NCBI GenBank assembly: GCA_951406725.2
Contig: OX597819.1
Location: 93,124,001-93,188,000 of the forward strand
Direction: 5' to 3'
Length of the DNA stretch: 64,000 nt
Source of the DNA: Octopus vulgaris
Taxonomy: Eukaryota
Part shown: piece after piece, positions 1 through 13,490 of the stretch
Position numbering within the stretch: the first letter of the stretch is position 1
Layout: each line of letters starts with the position of its first letter
Made by a program: the position numbers and the translations under genes
The notes under the pieces: model-generated
Databases searched by the model: none
What the model was told of the DNA's origin: nothing
Seen by the model: only the letters and a program-made list of their open reading frames with translations

Positions 1-916
1 GGTAACAGCAACAGCGGTAGTAGTAGTAGTAGTAGTCCTGATGCACTGGCTCTTATGACTTCCGACCATAACTGATTGCAAGTGTTATCATGTACATTGA
101 TTTGTCTTAGAATAAAAAATGGGTTAGAGCAAATATTCTGCTTTTTTGGAACTTGTCTCTGTCTGTACACATATATAATCCCCACCCATTACTGAAAGCT
201 GAACAGTTATCTCCCCTACCCACAACAATAACAATAATAGCGACAACCAATTACCTCCCTTTATTTATCTACTTGTCAAGTCATTCTCTCGTGAATTTCA
301 TCAGAGACAACATGGACAAATTTTGTTCTTAAGGGAAAAAATATATATATTCAAATAAGTAAAACATAATATCATGAATAGCGATAGCGAAAACGGTCGA
401 TATATTAAAAACTATATTAAAACTATGTAAGTGTGAATGTTTGTGCGTGTCCTTGTGCGTATGTGTGTGTATCTGGGTTTATGCACGAATCTATATGCAT
501 CTTTATATATGTGTGCGTATGTGTATATATGTGTATATGCACTTGTGTACCTACATATGTGTTTGTATGTATGTTTATATCCATATAAGAATGTCTGTGT
601 ATCTAAGTGTATATATATATGTATACATATTCTGCATGTATATGTATTTATGTGTGTGTGTGTGTGTGTGTGCATGACTATGAAGCTACTTATCAAAGTA
701 TTAATTTTCCTTTCTCCTACTTTTTTTTTCTCAAAGCAGTTATGACAGCGAAAGGCGATTAGGTCATTTATCTAAACTGGTACGCAAGATTTCCACATTA
801 TTTGATTTTTTTGCGCTTCTATAATATTGTTTTCTTTTATTCATTGCTTAACTTGATAGGCATATAACAACAATCCAGGCGACACGAAATATCTCTACTA
901 AGACATCTTTATCAAT

Positions 917-961
917 GTACCTGAAGGGACCCAGACTGATGGGTCGAAACTTATGTCGTCC
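917..961 (+). ncRNA. Minimal hammerhead-like motif
   Basis: gtac-CUGAAGG-gaccca/gactga/tgggtc-GAAA-c-ttat-GUC-gtcc. One core change (A9G) and one stem I mismatch. Confidence 0.55.
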
Positions 962-1050
962 CTCATAAAATTCTAATACAAAATCCATCTCCTACTATTA
1001 ATTAATACTATACACACACACACATACACACGCGTATGTGTATCTGTCTG

Positions 1051-1084
<34 letters not shown>

Positions 1085-1600
1085 TATATACAATATATGT
1101 GTGTGTGTGTGTGTCTGTGTTTATCTCCCCTCCATCACTTGACATCCGATGTTGGCGTGTTTACGTAGCTGTAATCTCGCGGTTCGGCACAAGACACCGA
1201 TAGAATAACTGCTAGGCTTACAAAGAATTAGTCTTGGGGGTCTATTTTCTCGAATAATGGCGTTGCTCCAGCATGGCTGCGGTCAAATGACTGAAACAAG
1301 TAAAAGGAGAATAAAAGAAATATGTGGTTGGTAAGCAAGCTACTTACGACACAGCCACTCCTGCACTTGTGTGTATGTATGTATATATATATATATATAT
1401 ACTTTATTTAAAAGCAGCAGAAATATAACAAAGCTGTTACTCAGAGTTTCACGTTCTCGAACGAGAACGTGAGACTCTGAGTAACAGTCTTTGTTATATT
1501 TCTGCTGCTTTTGAATAAAGCATATTATTCTACATCTGGTATTTGAGTACTCTTTTTTCCATCTTGTTTCACATTTATGCGCTTACTCCGGTATATGTAT

Positions 1601-1650
<50 letters not shown>

Positions 1651-2210
1651 TTAATAAATTGAAACAGCATTAAAAGATAAACGCAACCTGTGTACCCTAC
1701 ATCGCATAAAAGCTCCATTGACACGAGAACGGCAGTGAGCACCATTTTGTCCTGTCATCCAAGCCCCATTTTGGTGAGTCTGACAGGATTTTATTTTAGT
1801 ATTTTCGTTATTAGCTAAAAATAATCTTCCAACTGGAAGAGAAAACAATATGTATAACATACAACAGTATCTGGTCTTTCAGAATTACAAGATAACAAAA
1901 TACGTATAAAATAGTCACCATCAAAATTTCATAAACAAACATAAATAGATAAGATGATTTCAGTATGAAATTTGCATTTCAAATAATTTACAAGCCAACG
2001 AAAATAATACACGGGAAACATAATGGCTAAAAGTCAAAACAGATATTGTTGATAGTTGAGAACTAAAACCGCAGACAAGAATAACTCAATCTGACGTAAG
2101 ATTTGAAACATTTTGAAGAAAATAAATTCTTATAGGAGAAATAAATGTTTATGGAAAATGTCCATAAAGTACATTTTCTTTTGTTGGAGGTATTCATATC
2201 TTGTTGTAAT

Positions 2211-2290
<80 letters not shown>

Positions 2291-2419
2291 TTGACGATGA
2301 CGATGATGTTGACGATGATGATGATGTTGATGATGATAATGATGATGATGACGATGACGATGACGATGATAATGACAATGATGTTGACGATGACGATGAT
2401 GTTGACGATGACGATGACG

Positions 2420-2465
<46 letters not shown>

Positions 2466-2480
2466 CGATGATGATGATGA
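2211..2480. repeat. (GAT/GAC)n trinucleotide microsatellite
   Basis: Direct inspection. Confidence 0.98.
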
Positions 2481-2827
2481 AAGTCTGCCCTAATGGAGCA
2501 AACCTATCATGAAAGTTGTTTGAAATATGAATATTTATTCTCCCTGAAGCATTACTGTATTCAGACCTACATTTTTGTGGATTTACTCGTCTCCTTATCT
2601 TAAGACAGTTATGAAACTGATGGTGTTAGTTTCTATACAGGTCGAGCGCTCGCATGCCCCCTCTTTTTAAAGCAATTTCTACGGGCTGTTATGATGGCAA
2701 CTTGACTCGTATTTTTAGCAGGTCGAAGCACTTTATTTGAAGCGAAATGCTTGAATAAATCATAAAAGTCAAATTACAACTGGGAAGATAAAAACGATAG
2801 GAAGATTCATAAAAGAATTTCTATGAG

Positions 2828-3075
2828 CTAGCGAACGTCCAATGTTTCGAATGTAGTAACTGCATCCAATTATGGTCATGTAATAATTTCTGTTATCAGT
2901 GAGATTAATGCCTGCTAGCTGTCGTATATACAAATTGTTACTAAGAAAATAAACAGGACATAGTCATAGAAAATAACAGCGTTGCAGCATATTATTTATA
3001 CAAACGGTAAACCACACACTAGGTGAAAAGAACTAGACTTGGAAGCATGGTAGTTTATTATCTAAAATGCTGAGT
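2828..3075 (+). pseudogene. Pseudo-exon paralogous to 42663-42900
   Basis: Shared AS..V.S.I.AC and LQHI motifs; contains stops and a frameshift. Confidence 0.38.
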
Positions 3076-3765
3076 AAGTATTTTACAGGATTTGTAGTTA
3101 GTAACAATAATTTAGAGCATTATTATAGATATGTACAAATATGTTGTAAAAATAACTATAAAAACTGGCAAAACTTACTATGGTCGATGGAAACTCTCTG
3201 ATATTGTTTGACTGTAGAGATAGCTACTAAATATCCCCAAATCACACTATATCATCTTGCAAACGAGCATTGGTTATTGTCATAGATATATATATATATA
3301 TATAATGTGGATGATCAAGTTTGAAATGCTGTGATCATCCATATGTTTGTATGCTCCATCAGAACTACCTTACACTAACTAAGCAAAAACATCCATGGGA
3401 TATCTAAATATTTATCTCTTACTGTGATAAAAGGAATCGTTTAAAACCCTATATTAATAGCAAATCTATTTGCAGAATTAAATAAATTTGTTAGGGATAC
3501 GTGATTGAATAGTTACTAGTGCATGCTAGTTGGTAACTCTATAGGTCCAAGATGATTAAATTGCAGGTTGAGTTCTCAATAAGTTTTTGTTAAGAATAAT
3601 GAGACTAAATACTTTAATGCATTTACCCTGTCATTCAGTCGTGACCAACAGTTCGCTATATTGTTAGTCTTGAATACGGAGAAAACGCAATCTCCCCAAA
3701 GAAGTGTACATATCAATCGTCGTAACATAATGTGTATCGATTCAGCTCATATATAATCTTTTAAG

Positions 3766-4280
3766 TTGTTGTGACCCCCTTCGGTCATGAATGACCATGG
3801 GATTGCACCTAGAAAGTTACCCTTCGTGGCACAAGTCCGGGCAAAGTTGTTTATGGAAGACCAGCAGTCGCTCATGCATACCAGCCTCCCCTCTGCACGC
3901 CACCGATGTTATGCAAGGGAAAGGCAAAGGCCAATACAGCTTGGCACCAGTGACGTCACAGCTCATTTATTAACGTGCAAGTGGCCGAGAATTTCACAGA
4001 CACGTGTACACTTAACGTAGTTCTCGGGGAGATTCAGCGTGACACAGAGTGCGACAAAGCTGGCCCCTTTGAAATACAAGTACAACAGAAAAAGAAAGAA
4101 AGAGTTAGAGAAAGTTGTGGTGAAAGAGTACAGCAGGGTTCAACACCACCTCCTGTCGGAGCCTCGTGAAGCTATGTGTGTTTTTGCTCAATAAACATTC
4201 ACAATGACCGGTCTGGGAATAGAAACCGCGATCCTACGACCGCGAGTCCTCTGCCCTAACTACTGGGCCATTGCGCCTCC
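3766..4280 (-). mobile_element. tRNA-derived SINE family C with RTE-like 3' tail
   Basis: Head GGAGGCGCAATGGCCCAGTAGTTAGGGC. The 3' ~200 bp is shared with 50815-51000. Ends in a stem-loop plus (CAA)n. Confidence 0.85.
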
Positions 4281-5044
4281 AATCTCTTAAGTAATCTACA
4301 TCAAAAGTTATGAATCCGAAAACGAGGTATGTATCCGATTACACGGTCTGTTAGAAATATCAACCAAATATCCTTCAACTCATAACCTGACCTAAACGAT
4401 CGCACTGGAATATATCGTTTTATATTCGCTATGTGTAAAATAAAATATTTTCAAAATTAAGTTGAGAAATTTTAACTATTCAACACATTATCATATAGAA
4501 AGGAAACATGAAATTAAATGTTCACAGCGTCATAAAGTAACTTCTGATAAATACTTTCACAAAAGCTTTCACAGTGAGTATAGATTTCTGACTTGCAGAA
4601 AGGCATTTTTTTTTTGGTTGAATGATGTTTCAAAAAGAGTTAATGAATTGGATTGCAACTATGTATCTTAAGACGATTGTTGTGTTGGATTGCAATTTTA
4701 TATCTTAAGACGGCTGTTGTAGGTGTGATCGACCAGATTAATTCAGGTCAATCATACTTGTGTTGAAATGCGCCTCACCGTATTTATCCCACCATATTTT
4801 CAGGTATAATACATCTATGACTATATAGGACAATGTATTCTTCATGCTTTTAATGTTAGGATGTCATTTGATGAATATGTCAAATAATCCTGTAGAAGGT
4901 TCTTGATTGGTTGCCCTGAGACTATACGAAACAAGAATAAACGAGATAAATTTTGACGTGTAAAAAGATGATTAAAAAAAACGAACACAAAACGAACTTT
5001 TTGAGAAATGTGTTGTGTGTAATAGCTACTTCTTTTATTTTTAG

Positions 5045-5217
5045 ATTACAAAATCATAACAAAATTGTTTTTGCCACAATTCCAGTCAGGAGTTTGCACA
5101 AATTGGGATAACTCCCTTCAAACTTTCAAAATCTTTTCGTGTATCACAAACGACAATCTCATTTCCTGGAACCCTTTGTTTCGATTTATTGAGAAAATAA
5201 ATGAAGCATTTGAATGA
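5045..5217 (+). other. Candidate exon-like open frame
   Basis: cttcttttatttttAG acceptor, phase 1, 56 open codons (YKIITKLFLPQFQSGVCTNWDNSLQTFKIFSCITNDNLISWNP..). No clean donor. Confidence 0.3.
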
Positions 5218-5357
5218 GTCACTAAATAATTTTAGGTGGGGTGTGCATTATATGATATAGTATTTTCTTTCATACATTCGGAAGTCATTACGGGGTGAAG
5301 GCAGATATTGGAGTAAATACCAAAAACTGCAGCTCATATATAACTCGAATATTCTTG

Positions 5358-5561
5358 TCTACTCTAAGCACAAAGCCCGAAGTTTTGAGGGAGGGGGCCA
5401 GTCGATTATACCCCCCACCCCAGTACGCAACTGATACTTAATTTATCGACCCCGAAAGGATGAAAGGCAAAGTTGACTTCGGCGAAATTTGAACTCAGAA
5501 CGTAACGGCAGGCGAAATATCGCTAAGCATTTCGCCCGGCGTGCTAACGTTTTTGCCAGCT
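5358..5561 (-). mobile_element. SINE family A variant with a different 3' tail
   Basis: Same head and core (gaccccgaaaggatgaaaggcaaag) but a ctaagcacaaagcccgaag tail. Related partial or older copies at ~8020-8205, ~19020-19190 and ~54965-55090. Confidence 0.85.
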
Positions 5562-6740
5562 GATATATATATAACTCAAATATTGCATCATTATTTCTTT
5601 GAGGTTTATTCCATTTTTGCTTTTCAAGGTATACAATTTTTACGAATGTCACATCATTTAAGGCTCAAACGGGCTAAACTGTAGGTTAGCAAACCTTTAA
5701 CCAGCTTGATCTGACATTTTGCTGTTAAATAAAACAATATTTACTACAAAACAAATATTTCACAACATTGGATATTAATTTTCTTTGACTGAAATTGAAG
5801 AATTAGACTGAAAACTATCTCAAAACACTTTAGATTTGCCGTTTGTTAATCTTGGATTTCGAACCCGAAACCTCTAAGCATCCGTGAAAAATCATTTCTA
5901 ATTTATCATATTTTTATATACACTATATGGAACAATTTTAAAGCGAAATTTTGATGCATTTCATAACACACACACGCCATCATGTCAGATTTTCAATTCT
6001 CATAGTTGGTAAACTCTATAGAATTGAAGCTATCTAAGATTTATAATGAAAGCTAAAAATCGTCATTAATATTTAAGAACATTTAGCTATGGATGTGAGA
6101 ATTTAATTTTTGAAGAAATGAAAGCAATTCTCTTGACAAATTCAGGAAGTGTTAGTCAATTTAAACTCACAAGTCGATTGCATTGAAACAGATCAATACC
6201 ATATTTCTACATAATTTCTCCTCACGTTTAAAATTATAATATAATAACCTAGATGACACGATGGAAATTATTTTGTCCATATGCCTTTTCAAATTACAAA
6301 CACGACATTACGGATGTTATTTCTTTTATTTTATAGCTCATTATTTAACATGCTCATACACGCACACACAAACAAATACACACACAATAATACATATACA
6401 AACGCATATAGTTCAACGTTCACATTCAAATAAACGCACTATTTCTTTTACAAACATACATAAACATGCACACACTTTTCTCTTTCTTGTTACAATACAT
6501 TTACAATGAACGATCCAAATTTCGAAATTTTTGTGGAGTTAAAAATGTATTTAAAAGAAACCATCATTTTCAAATTAAAATATCAGGTTTAGCCTCAGTT
6601 TCATATTCATACACCATACAGCACAGCAATATATAATGAGGGGTGACAATGGCTTTTTGCCTGACATTACATGGTGATATTTTTACTCTTTAAATTTGAT
6701 GTTTTTTTCCTTTTTTTTTTCTTCTCTAAATTGATATTAG

Positions 6741-7176
6741 ATCTAAGGCCGTTGTAAATGGTGAGAAAATAAACTTTACTGTTGTAAATTTTGTTGCCAG
6801 TTGTAATATTGTAAGAAATGCCAATTTTACTTGAAAATGTTCACAAACTAAGAACACGAACAACAACTGTAATAGCGTGATGTGTGGTTTCCAAAATCTA
6901 ATTTCTGTTCGTCGTCAGATACTGTGCTATCTGAGGTTTATGAACATTTCACCGAACAAAGGTGCAAGGAAATTATTAAACTGGACAATGGATGGAAATA
7001 AAACTGCTTGAAATATAATATTCATCTGTTTTACAAAACAGAAAAGAAAAGGGGATGATTTCGAAAAATTATTTTATAATTTTGTTGCGTCGAGAATAGA
7101 ACAAGGTGTACTGGTAAATGTTTCAGCTGAAAGGTTTGCCTTCAAATGTAAAAAAGTTGTAATCGAATGACATATA
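6741..7176 (+). pseudogene. Decayed coding exon(s), two divergent FN3-like modules, interrupted by a SINE
   Basis: Strong polypyrimidine/AG acceptor. One frame has only 3 stops in 143 codons (about 11 expected at this AT content, rough estimate): SKAVVNGEKINFTVVNFVASCNIVRNANFT*KC..GFQNL..ILCYL..NWTMD..LFYNFVASRIEQGVLVNVSAE..KCKKVVIE*. Confidence 0.45.
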
Positions 7177-7408
7177 TATTTCGTCACTGCCCACAAGGGG
7201 CTAAACATAGAGGGGACAAACAAGGACAGACATAGGTATTAAGTCGATTACATCGATCCCAGTGCGTAACTGGTACTTAATTAATCGACCCCGAAAGGAT
7301 GAAAAGCAAAATCGACCTCGGCGGAATTTGAACTCAGAACGTAACGACAGACGAAATACCGCTAAGCATTTCGCCCGGCGTGCTGACGTTTCTGCCAGCT
7401 CGCCGCCT
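7177..7408 (-). mobile_element. tRNA-derived SINE family A, full length with 15-bp TSD
   Basis: Head GGCGGCGAGCTGGCAGAAACG with A/B boxes (GAGTTCAAATTCC). TSD atcgaatgacatata at 7162-7176 and 7409-7423. Confidence 0.92.
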
Positions 7409-9014
7409 ATCGAATGACATATAAAGAGTCAGATCTGGCCGTTGAGAAAGAAATATTCAAAACTAGTCGTTTTTTTTATTTGTATATATACATCTTGTAA
7501 TATGCTGAGCAATACTAAATTATAAAAAATCCGCTATACGCTATTAAATTAAAAAGGCACTATTAATATATATGCAAATTAAAATTGCATATATGTTGTA
7601 TACTTGATGAATATACACCCTCAGTATGCTATTTACTGCTGTATTCGTCCGCAGATGCTGTCGAGGCAGTCGTTTGTGTCTCTCGAATGATTATTGTTTT
7701 AAACATAGTACATCCGTAAGAGATGTATGCCGTAGCAAATGGCCTACCGATGGTGCATATACGTTAAGTATGTCACATAGATGACTAAAATATACATTTT
7801 GTCCACTACTACAATTTACTTGGTTAAAGATCCACACATGCCTGTCACTAAATTTATAAGATATTCTGTATTGCTTGAGCAAAATAGAAGGAAGTGAGAG
7901 GGAAAGATAGTGGAGAGGAGCAAGCATCAGGTGAGTTATCGTTTTGGAGAGTGTCAAGGTTATAGATATTTATTTTGGAACAAACGAAAATAATACTAAT
8001 ATTACTTTAGAACGTAGGTACAATGCCATAAATTTGTACGGGAGAAGATATTTAATTAAATCAATCACCGTTCTTCGGTGGTGTTTTATTTTACCTAAAG
8101 AATAGAAAGACAAAATTGACCACGGTAGAATTTGAACTCAGAACTTCAGAAGCTGTAATACATACTGCAAGGTGTTTTACCCGATGTTCAAACGATTCTA
8201 CCATATCGTCAATACTGTAGAATGGATGAAAAATCTTCGAATGCATTGACCTAAATATATTGGGGGTGGGGTGCGTCTTTTTTCTAGATACACCAGATGA
8301 ATAAAATACCAACTTCGACGAAATCATATTTAAACATTGATATCCAAAGCAGCAATATAAAAAAAATATTTATCATTAAGTACCTATACTACAAGAAACT
8401 ATCTACTATCATACAAGTTCAATAGTCATACAAAAGAGGGAAAATTTCATGAAATACAAAGATAACGATTACCATTAGCTATAGGTGTTGTGCACTAAAC
8501 TAGAAGAATTTACCACTAAATGCCATCTCCATGTGACTAAAAGTGAATGTATCTAAAAATGAGTATTTTTTTTAATGCTTTCAATACCTTTTAACGACGA
8601 TAGAACTTGAATTGGGGGAGATTTTGGTGTTATTCCTTGCAAGGAGATACCATGAGGAGAGGCTGCCTCGTTGTCTCTGGGAAGCTCGCTGAAGTAAAAT
8701 TCGTTTATAAGTTTTATTCTTAACATTTCCAAAGTTTTGCTTCGAAACTACGTGATTAGAAGGCAACAACTGGACACCTGAATAACAGGTGGTTTACTTA
8801 TGTTCCTTATACTTCCCGTGTGGAATGTTTTCAATACTAATGGAAGGAATGTACACACACTCTCATACGCACTCTCACACTCATAAGTCTACATATGCAT
8901 ACAATCGTATAGCTGTGAATATACGTATGTGTTCGTCAATTTATATATATATATATATCATAGATATTTTTTAACGAGCTACTTTGCTAATATACGTGCA
9001 TCAATATGTATATG

Positions 9015-9089
<75 letters not shown>

Positions 9090-10422
9090 TGTGTGTGTAT
9101 TCATATATATATACGCGTATATACACATTAAGTGCACATATATACGAGTATACATATATATGTTGATGTATTTATACACATTCGCCTGCGTAGAAGTTAT
9201 ATCTATATCTGAGTATGTATGTATATGCATCTACATAAGTGTATATACATATATATATACACACATATATATTTACATATATATATATCTTTTTACACAC
9301 ACACATATATACATATTTACATATATATATATATTTATATGTATATATATATATATGTATATATAATATGTATGCATGTATGTATGTATGTATGTATGTA
9401 TGTATGTATGTATGTATGTATTCCTGTCAAAAGCGAAATGAAAATTGTTTTAAAAAAGAAAAGTTACTGAAATCTTACAAAAGATAGCTCATCTTAGATA
9501 ACTGTAAAAGTCTTCTCTTCCTAATTAAAATCTCTGATAACTTAGATTATTTTTTTTTTGTATTTATCTCTCCTGTTTCTTAGTTTTTGCTGTTGATCTC
9601 ACGTTGTTATTTTCAAGTAAATTATTACAATCGTCGATAGGTTGAAAGAATTATCGGTTACAAAGTGTAGAGTAATTATTATTTACTTCTTGTCTTTTCG
9701 CTTTCCGTACTGAAGATGTGTATTTAATAATAAAAAAAAAAAAAATTTACTGGATAGTATTTATTTTTATTTTTTTCATTTGTATTTTCTTTCTTTTTCT
9801 TTACCTTTTAAATATTTTCTTCTTTCTATCAACACTGCTGTCAGGTTGGGCTCTTAGAAATTAGCATCTCGAAATTAGTGTACCTGGCAAAGAAATATCC
9901 TCATGGCGCGCCGCTTTCTCCTCTCTTTTCTTTTAGAACTATAATCACTAGGAATGGAAAACTTTAGATAAATGATATTTCTGTTTATTTATTTATTTTG
10001 ATTTCTTTCCACGAAGTAATTTTCTGTCGTCATTAACAATTCTATATAATATCCAATTCTTCATCTAAAAATGAAGGTTATGTTACGGGCATCATTAAAT
10101 ATCATTTCACTTAGCCACTAATCTACTCTTAGAAAAAGTATTCAGGGTTGTGCATTATTGATGTTATCAGACTTTTTCGAAGCCGTTTTATCAGTGTTTC
10201 AAGATGAGATTCAAAGCGATTCAAAACAAAGTATGAAAACAACAAGTTAATGGTCAAAAGTAGATTTTGAGCAAAGTTCAAAAGACGATGTTCATACCAT
10301 TCACATTTGGAAAAAACACTGATACATATAAATACATATATACATACATATACACAGACACAGACATACACACACATACACTCATACACACACATTTACA
10401 TATACATAAACACATTTACACT

Positions 10423-10462
<40 letters not shown>

Positions 10463-11039
10463 AATATATACACATATGAGCATATTATTATGCATAATAT
10501 TATGTATAAGGATTTAGAAACTTCATGGAAACGTGAAATAATTCGCTTTTTACGATGCAACTCTAAGTAGATAAAGCTATAAAGAATAACGTGTATGTAT
10601 TGGGTTATTTCTTTATGTCTTTATTTCTTTTAAGGTTAGGGACTATGTTTTGTTCGACTGGATTGTCTATAGTGTCATCAGTGCTTGTGCGTGCGTATAT
10701 TTTCCAGCAGTGTTACTAGTTTTGAAGTTGGTACGATAAAATTACAGTTTACTATCACTTTGTCTTTTGTTTCGATAACTTAAAGATATTAGAAAGTTGG
10801 ATACTGATGAACTCCACTTTAGCCAGCATATAACTCTGCACACATACAATGTGATAATAGTGGTGGTATAGTCTCTACATTTTAACATTTTGTTTTTAAG
10901 TAACGATTTTCATTCATTTCTTGGTGTAATATCCCGTATCTGTCGTAAAGACGTGTCATATGGATGTATCGAAAAAATCTTTATGAGGATGTTATTAAGC
11001 GTGCCGTCACGCTCATCTTTAGGGTGCTGGCAGAGTACC

Positions 11040-11272
11040 TATTTCTTTACTACCCGCAAGGGGCTAAACACAGAGGGGACAAACAAGGACAGACGAACGG
11101 ATTAAGTCGATTATATCGATCCCAGTGCGCAACTGGTACTTATTTAATCGACCCCGAAAGGATGAAAGGCAAAGTCGACCTCGGCGGAATTTGAACTCAG
11201 AACGTAGCGGCAGACGAAATACCGCAAAGCATTTCGCCCGGCGTGCTAACGTTTCTGCCAGCTCGCCGCCTT
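11040..11272 (-). mobile_element. SINE family A, full length with 13-bp TSD
   Basis: Near-identical to the 7177 copy. TSD ctg(g/a)cagagtacc at 11027-11039 and 11273-11285. Confidence 0.92.
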
Positions 11273-12479
11273 CTGACAGAGTACCGACGTAGGTTTCCTA
11301 TCACACTATTCTTTCCATTGGACTTCCATTCTTTGCGCCACTACTGGCAGCCACCCTATAGCCTTCCATATATTTTAAGTGGTAAACTACGCTTCTCGTT
11401 TTGCAATTAATCCCAGGATTTGTTTTACACACTATTCGACACAGATGTTCAAGAGTTTTGTTCTTACGTTTTGAAGGGGTGTAGTTACTTTTATTTCGGA
11501 CTAACGATTCGTCTTCGTTGTATTTGTCGCGTAGCTCCTCAGCGAGTCGTAATTTTCTACAGAATTTTTCGACGACTTCTAAAAAAATGATTGACGTGAT
11601 TGGAACGGTTTCTGTTATGTAGTTGTTCCTTGTTGTTGCGGGGTGTCCTGTTATGGTTTATGGTGCGGGTTCTTGGAAGGGTAGCGAAAGGTTTTTACCT
11701 AGATTCCATGTTCGGAGGTGGCGTTTTAGGGGGCCGTGATTGGTGATTATTACATGTGGTACGGGTTTGTTGTGCGTGGTTGTTTAGTAGATTGTTGGCA
11801 CGAAAATTGGGGTGGTAACTCCTTAAGTGGTGGGTGTTTGCAATGTCTATCCTGCAGGTAGTGAATTTTCATTTCCTTGTTTCGCTGGTGGATTACAAAG
11901 TTACAGTTAGGTCTTGTATTCTTTTTTTGGTAGGGGTGATGGTTCCATTTTTTAGATAGGTGTAAATCTGTCTTTGAGTGTTGTTTAGATTTTCTTATTT
12001 TCAGGAAAGATTTGTTGGAATCGTACTCTATTTGAAAGACAGTTTCGTAATTTGAGAACCAAGTGGGGCGTTTTTCCTAGCGCTGGAGGGATTTCAGTTC
12101 TTCTTTATCACAATCCTCTATCCATAGTTTGGTGATCTTCTCTAGGTCGGGGGCCTTGAGTCATTTTGCCAATTTCTTGGTTGATCTCTTCATCGATGGA
12201 TTTTACTTTATCTTCATTCCTCTCAGCCCTCAATTTTAGACGTTCTCTTTCCATCTTCATTTTTTAATGCATCCACCACAAATGACACTATTACAAGGAC
12301 CTTAGAATAATACCCACGCAAGTATTAAAAACGATATATTCAGAACAGTCACTTCACATGAATTCATTCAGAACAATTCCAATCACTACTATTACAGCCA
12401 CAACTGGACAACTTAGGTCACATGATCATTGAAGAGGATTCCACCAACAACCTGCTTCTGGCATACCACTCCTGCATTT

Positions 12480-12590
12480 TTCTTCTTCTTCTTCTTCTTC
12501 TTCTTCTTCTTCTTCTTCTTCTTCTTCTTCTCCTTCTTCTTCTCCTCCTTCTTCTCCTTCTCCCTCTCCTTCTCCTTCTTCTTCTTCGCC
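12480..12590. repeat. (CTT)n/(CTC)n microsatellite
   Basis: Direct inspection. Confidence 0.97.
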
Positions 12591-13002
12591 ACCGCCTCCT
12601 TTCTCAACTACTACTACTGGTTAAAGAATCAAAGACAAGAATTCATATTATACTACTACTAACTGCTGCCATCTACCTAGAACCCACAAGAGTAAAAAAA
12701 AGAGACAAACGGAAAAAAGGAAAATGTTCCTTGCATTTGAAAACTATGGAAACAACTTTAAGAACATTTCATTTAATATTTCTACAATTTAATTGTTTTT
12801 CATGCTTGAAAAAGTCGCAAAGTCTGAAACCGGTACTAAAATGTTCTTCATAAAATTATTTTAGCATGTTCTACCTTGTTTTATTTTCCTTATATGTGTA
12901 TATATATATATGGAATTTAAAAAAAGACAACAAAACAAAAAACGAAGACGTGTGTGTAAACAACAAAAGATTATTAGTTTAACGCTCGGGAAATGAGAAA
13001 GT

Positions 13003-13038
13003 CTTTTACGTTTCGAGCATACGCTCTTCAACAGAAAG
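13003..13038 (-). ncRNA. Minimal hammerhead-like motif with CUGUUGA core
   Basis: cttt-CUGUUGA-a-gagc/gtat/gctc-GAAA-cg-UA-aaag. Stems I and II are fully paired. Confidence 0.5.
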
Positions 13039-13443
13039 GAACACAGGAATAAACAGAGAGAGAAAATTAAAAAAAGGTTTAGTGACTAACGATCATTCAT
13101 ATATAAATATATATTCTTTTGGTTGCTTCAGTCATTTGACTGCGGCTACGCTGGAGCACCACCTTAAGGGATTTTTGCCGAACCTATCGACCCCAGTACT
13201 TATGGTATGAGTGCTTGTGTCTATATCAAGGTTGAGGTCTCTGAAAATCCTGCTGCAAGAGATGTCTATCGTTGCTATATTTGTACAAAAGAGTTTAGGT
13301 CCCTAGCAGAACTTACAAACCACATCCATGCTGCTTATCATTAAGAGAACAGTCACTTAATGACGTTACTCGAAATCGTATAGGAGACATCTTGTATGTA
13401 TGTGTTATATTTATATATATTAACACCCACACACCCACACACA

Positions 13444-13490
<47 letters not shown>

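Noticed and set aside
2113-2512. Poly-Asp/poly-Met/poly-Ser ORFs
   Set aside because: Translations of a (GAT/GAC)n microsatellite, open in several frames, with no flanking coding signal.
4648-4721. Short direct repeats (2 x 37 bp; also ~22762-22830 and ~39165-39240)
   Set aside because: Simple local tandem duplications without unique spacers; not CRISPR, and the context is eukaryotic.
4803-4900. Apparent acceptor plus hydrophobic signal-like peptide
   Set aside because: Appears to lie in an old interspersed repeat with related inverted traces at ~3230-3300 and ~14070-14120.
11290-12410. 1.1-kb higher-complexity stretch, possibly a decayed LINE
   Set aside because: No diagnostic motif could be recovered by eye, so it is left uncalled.
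12413-12853. Poly-Leu signal-like and poly-Lys ORFs
   Set aside because: (CTT)n microsatellite.
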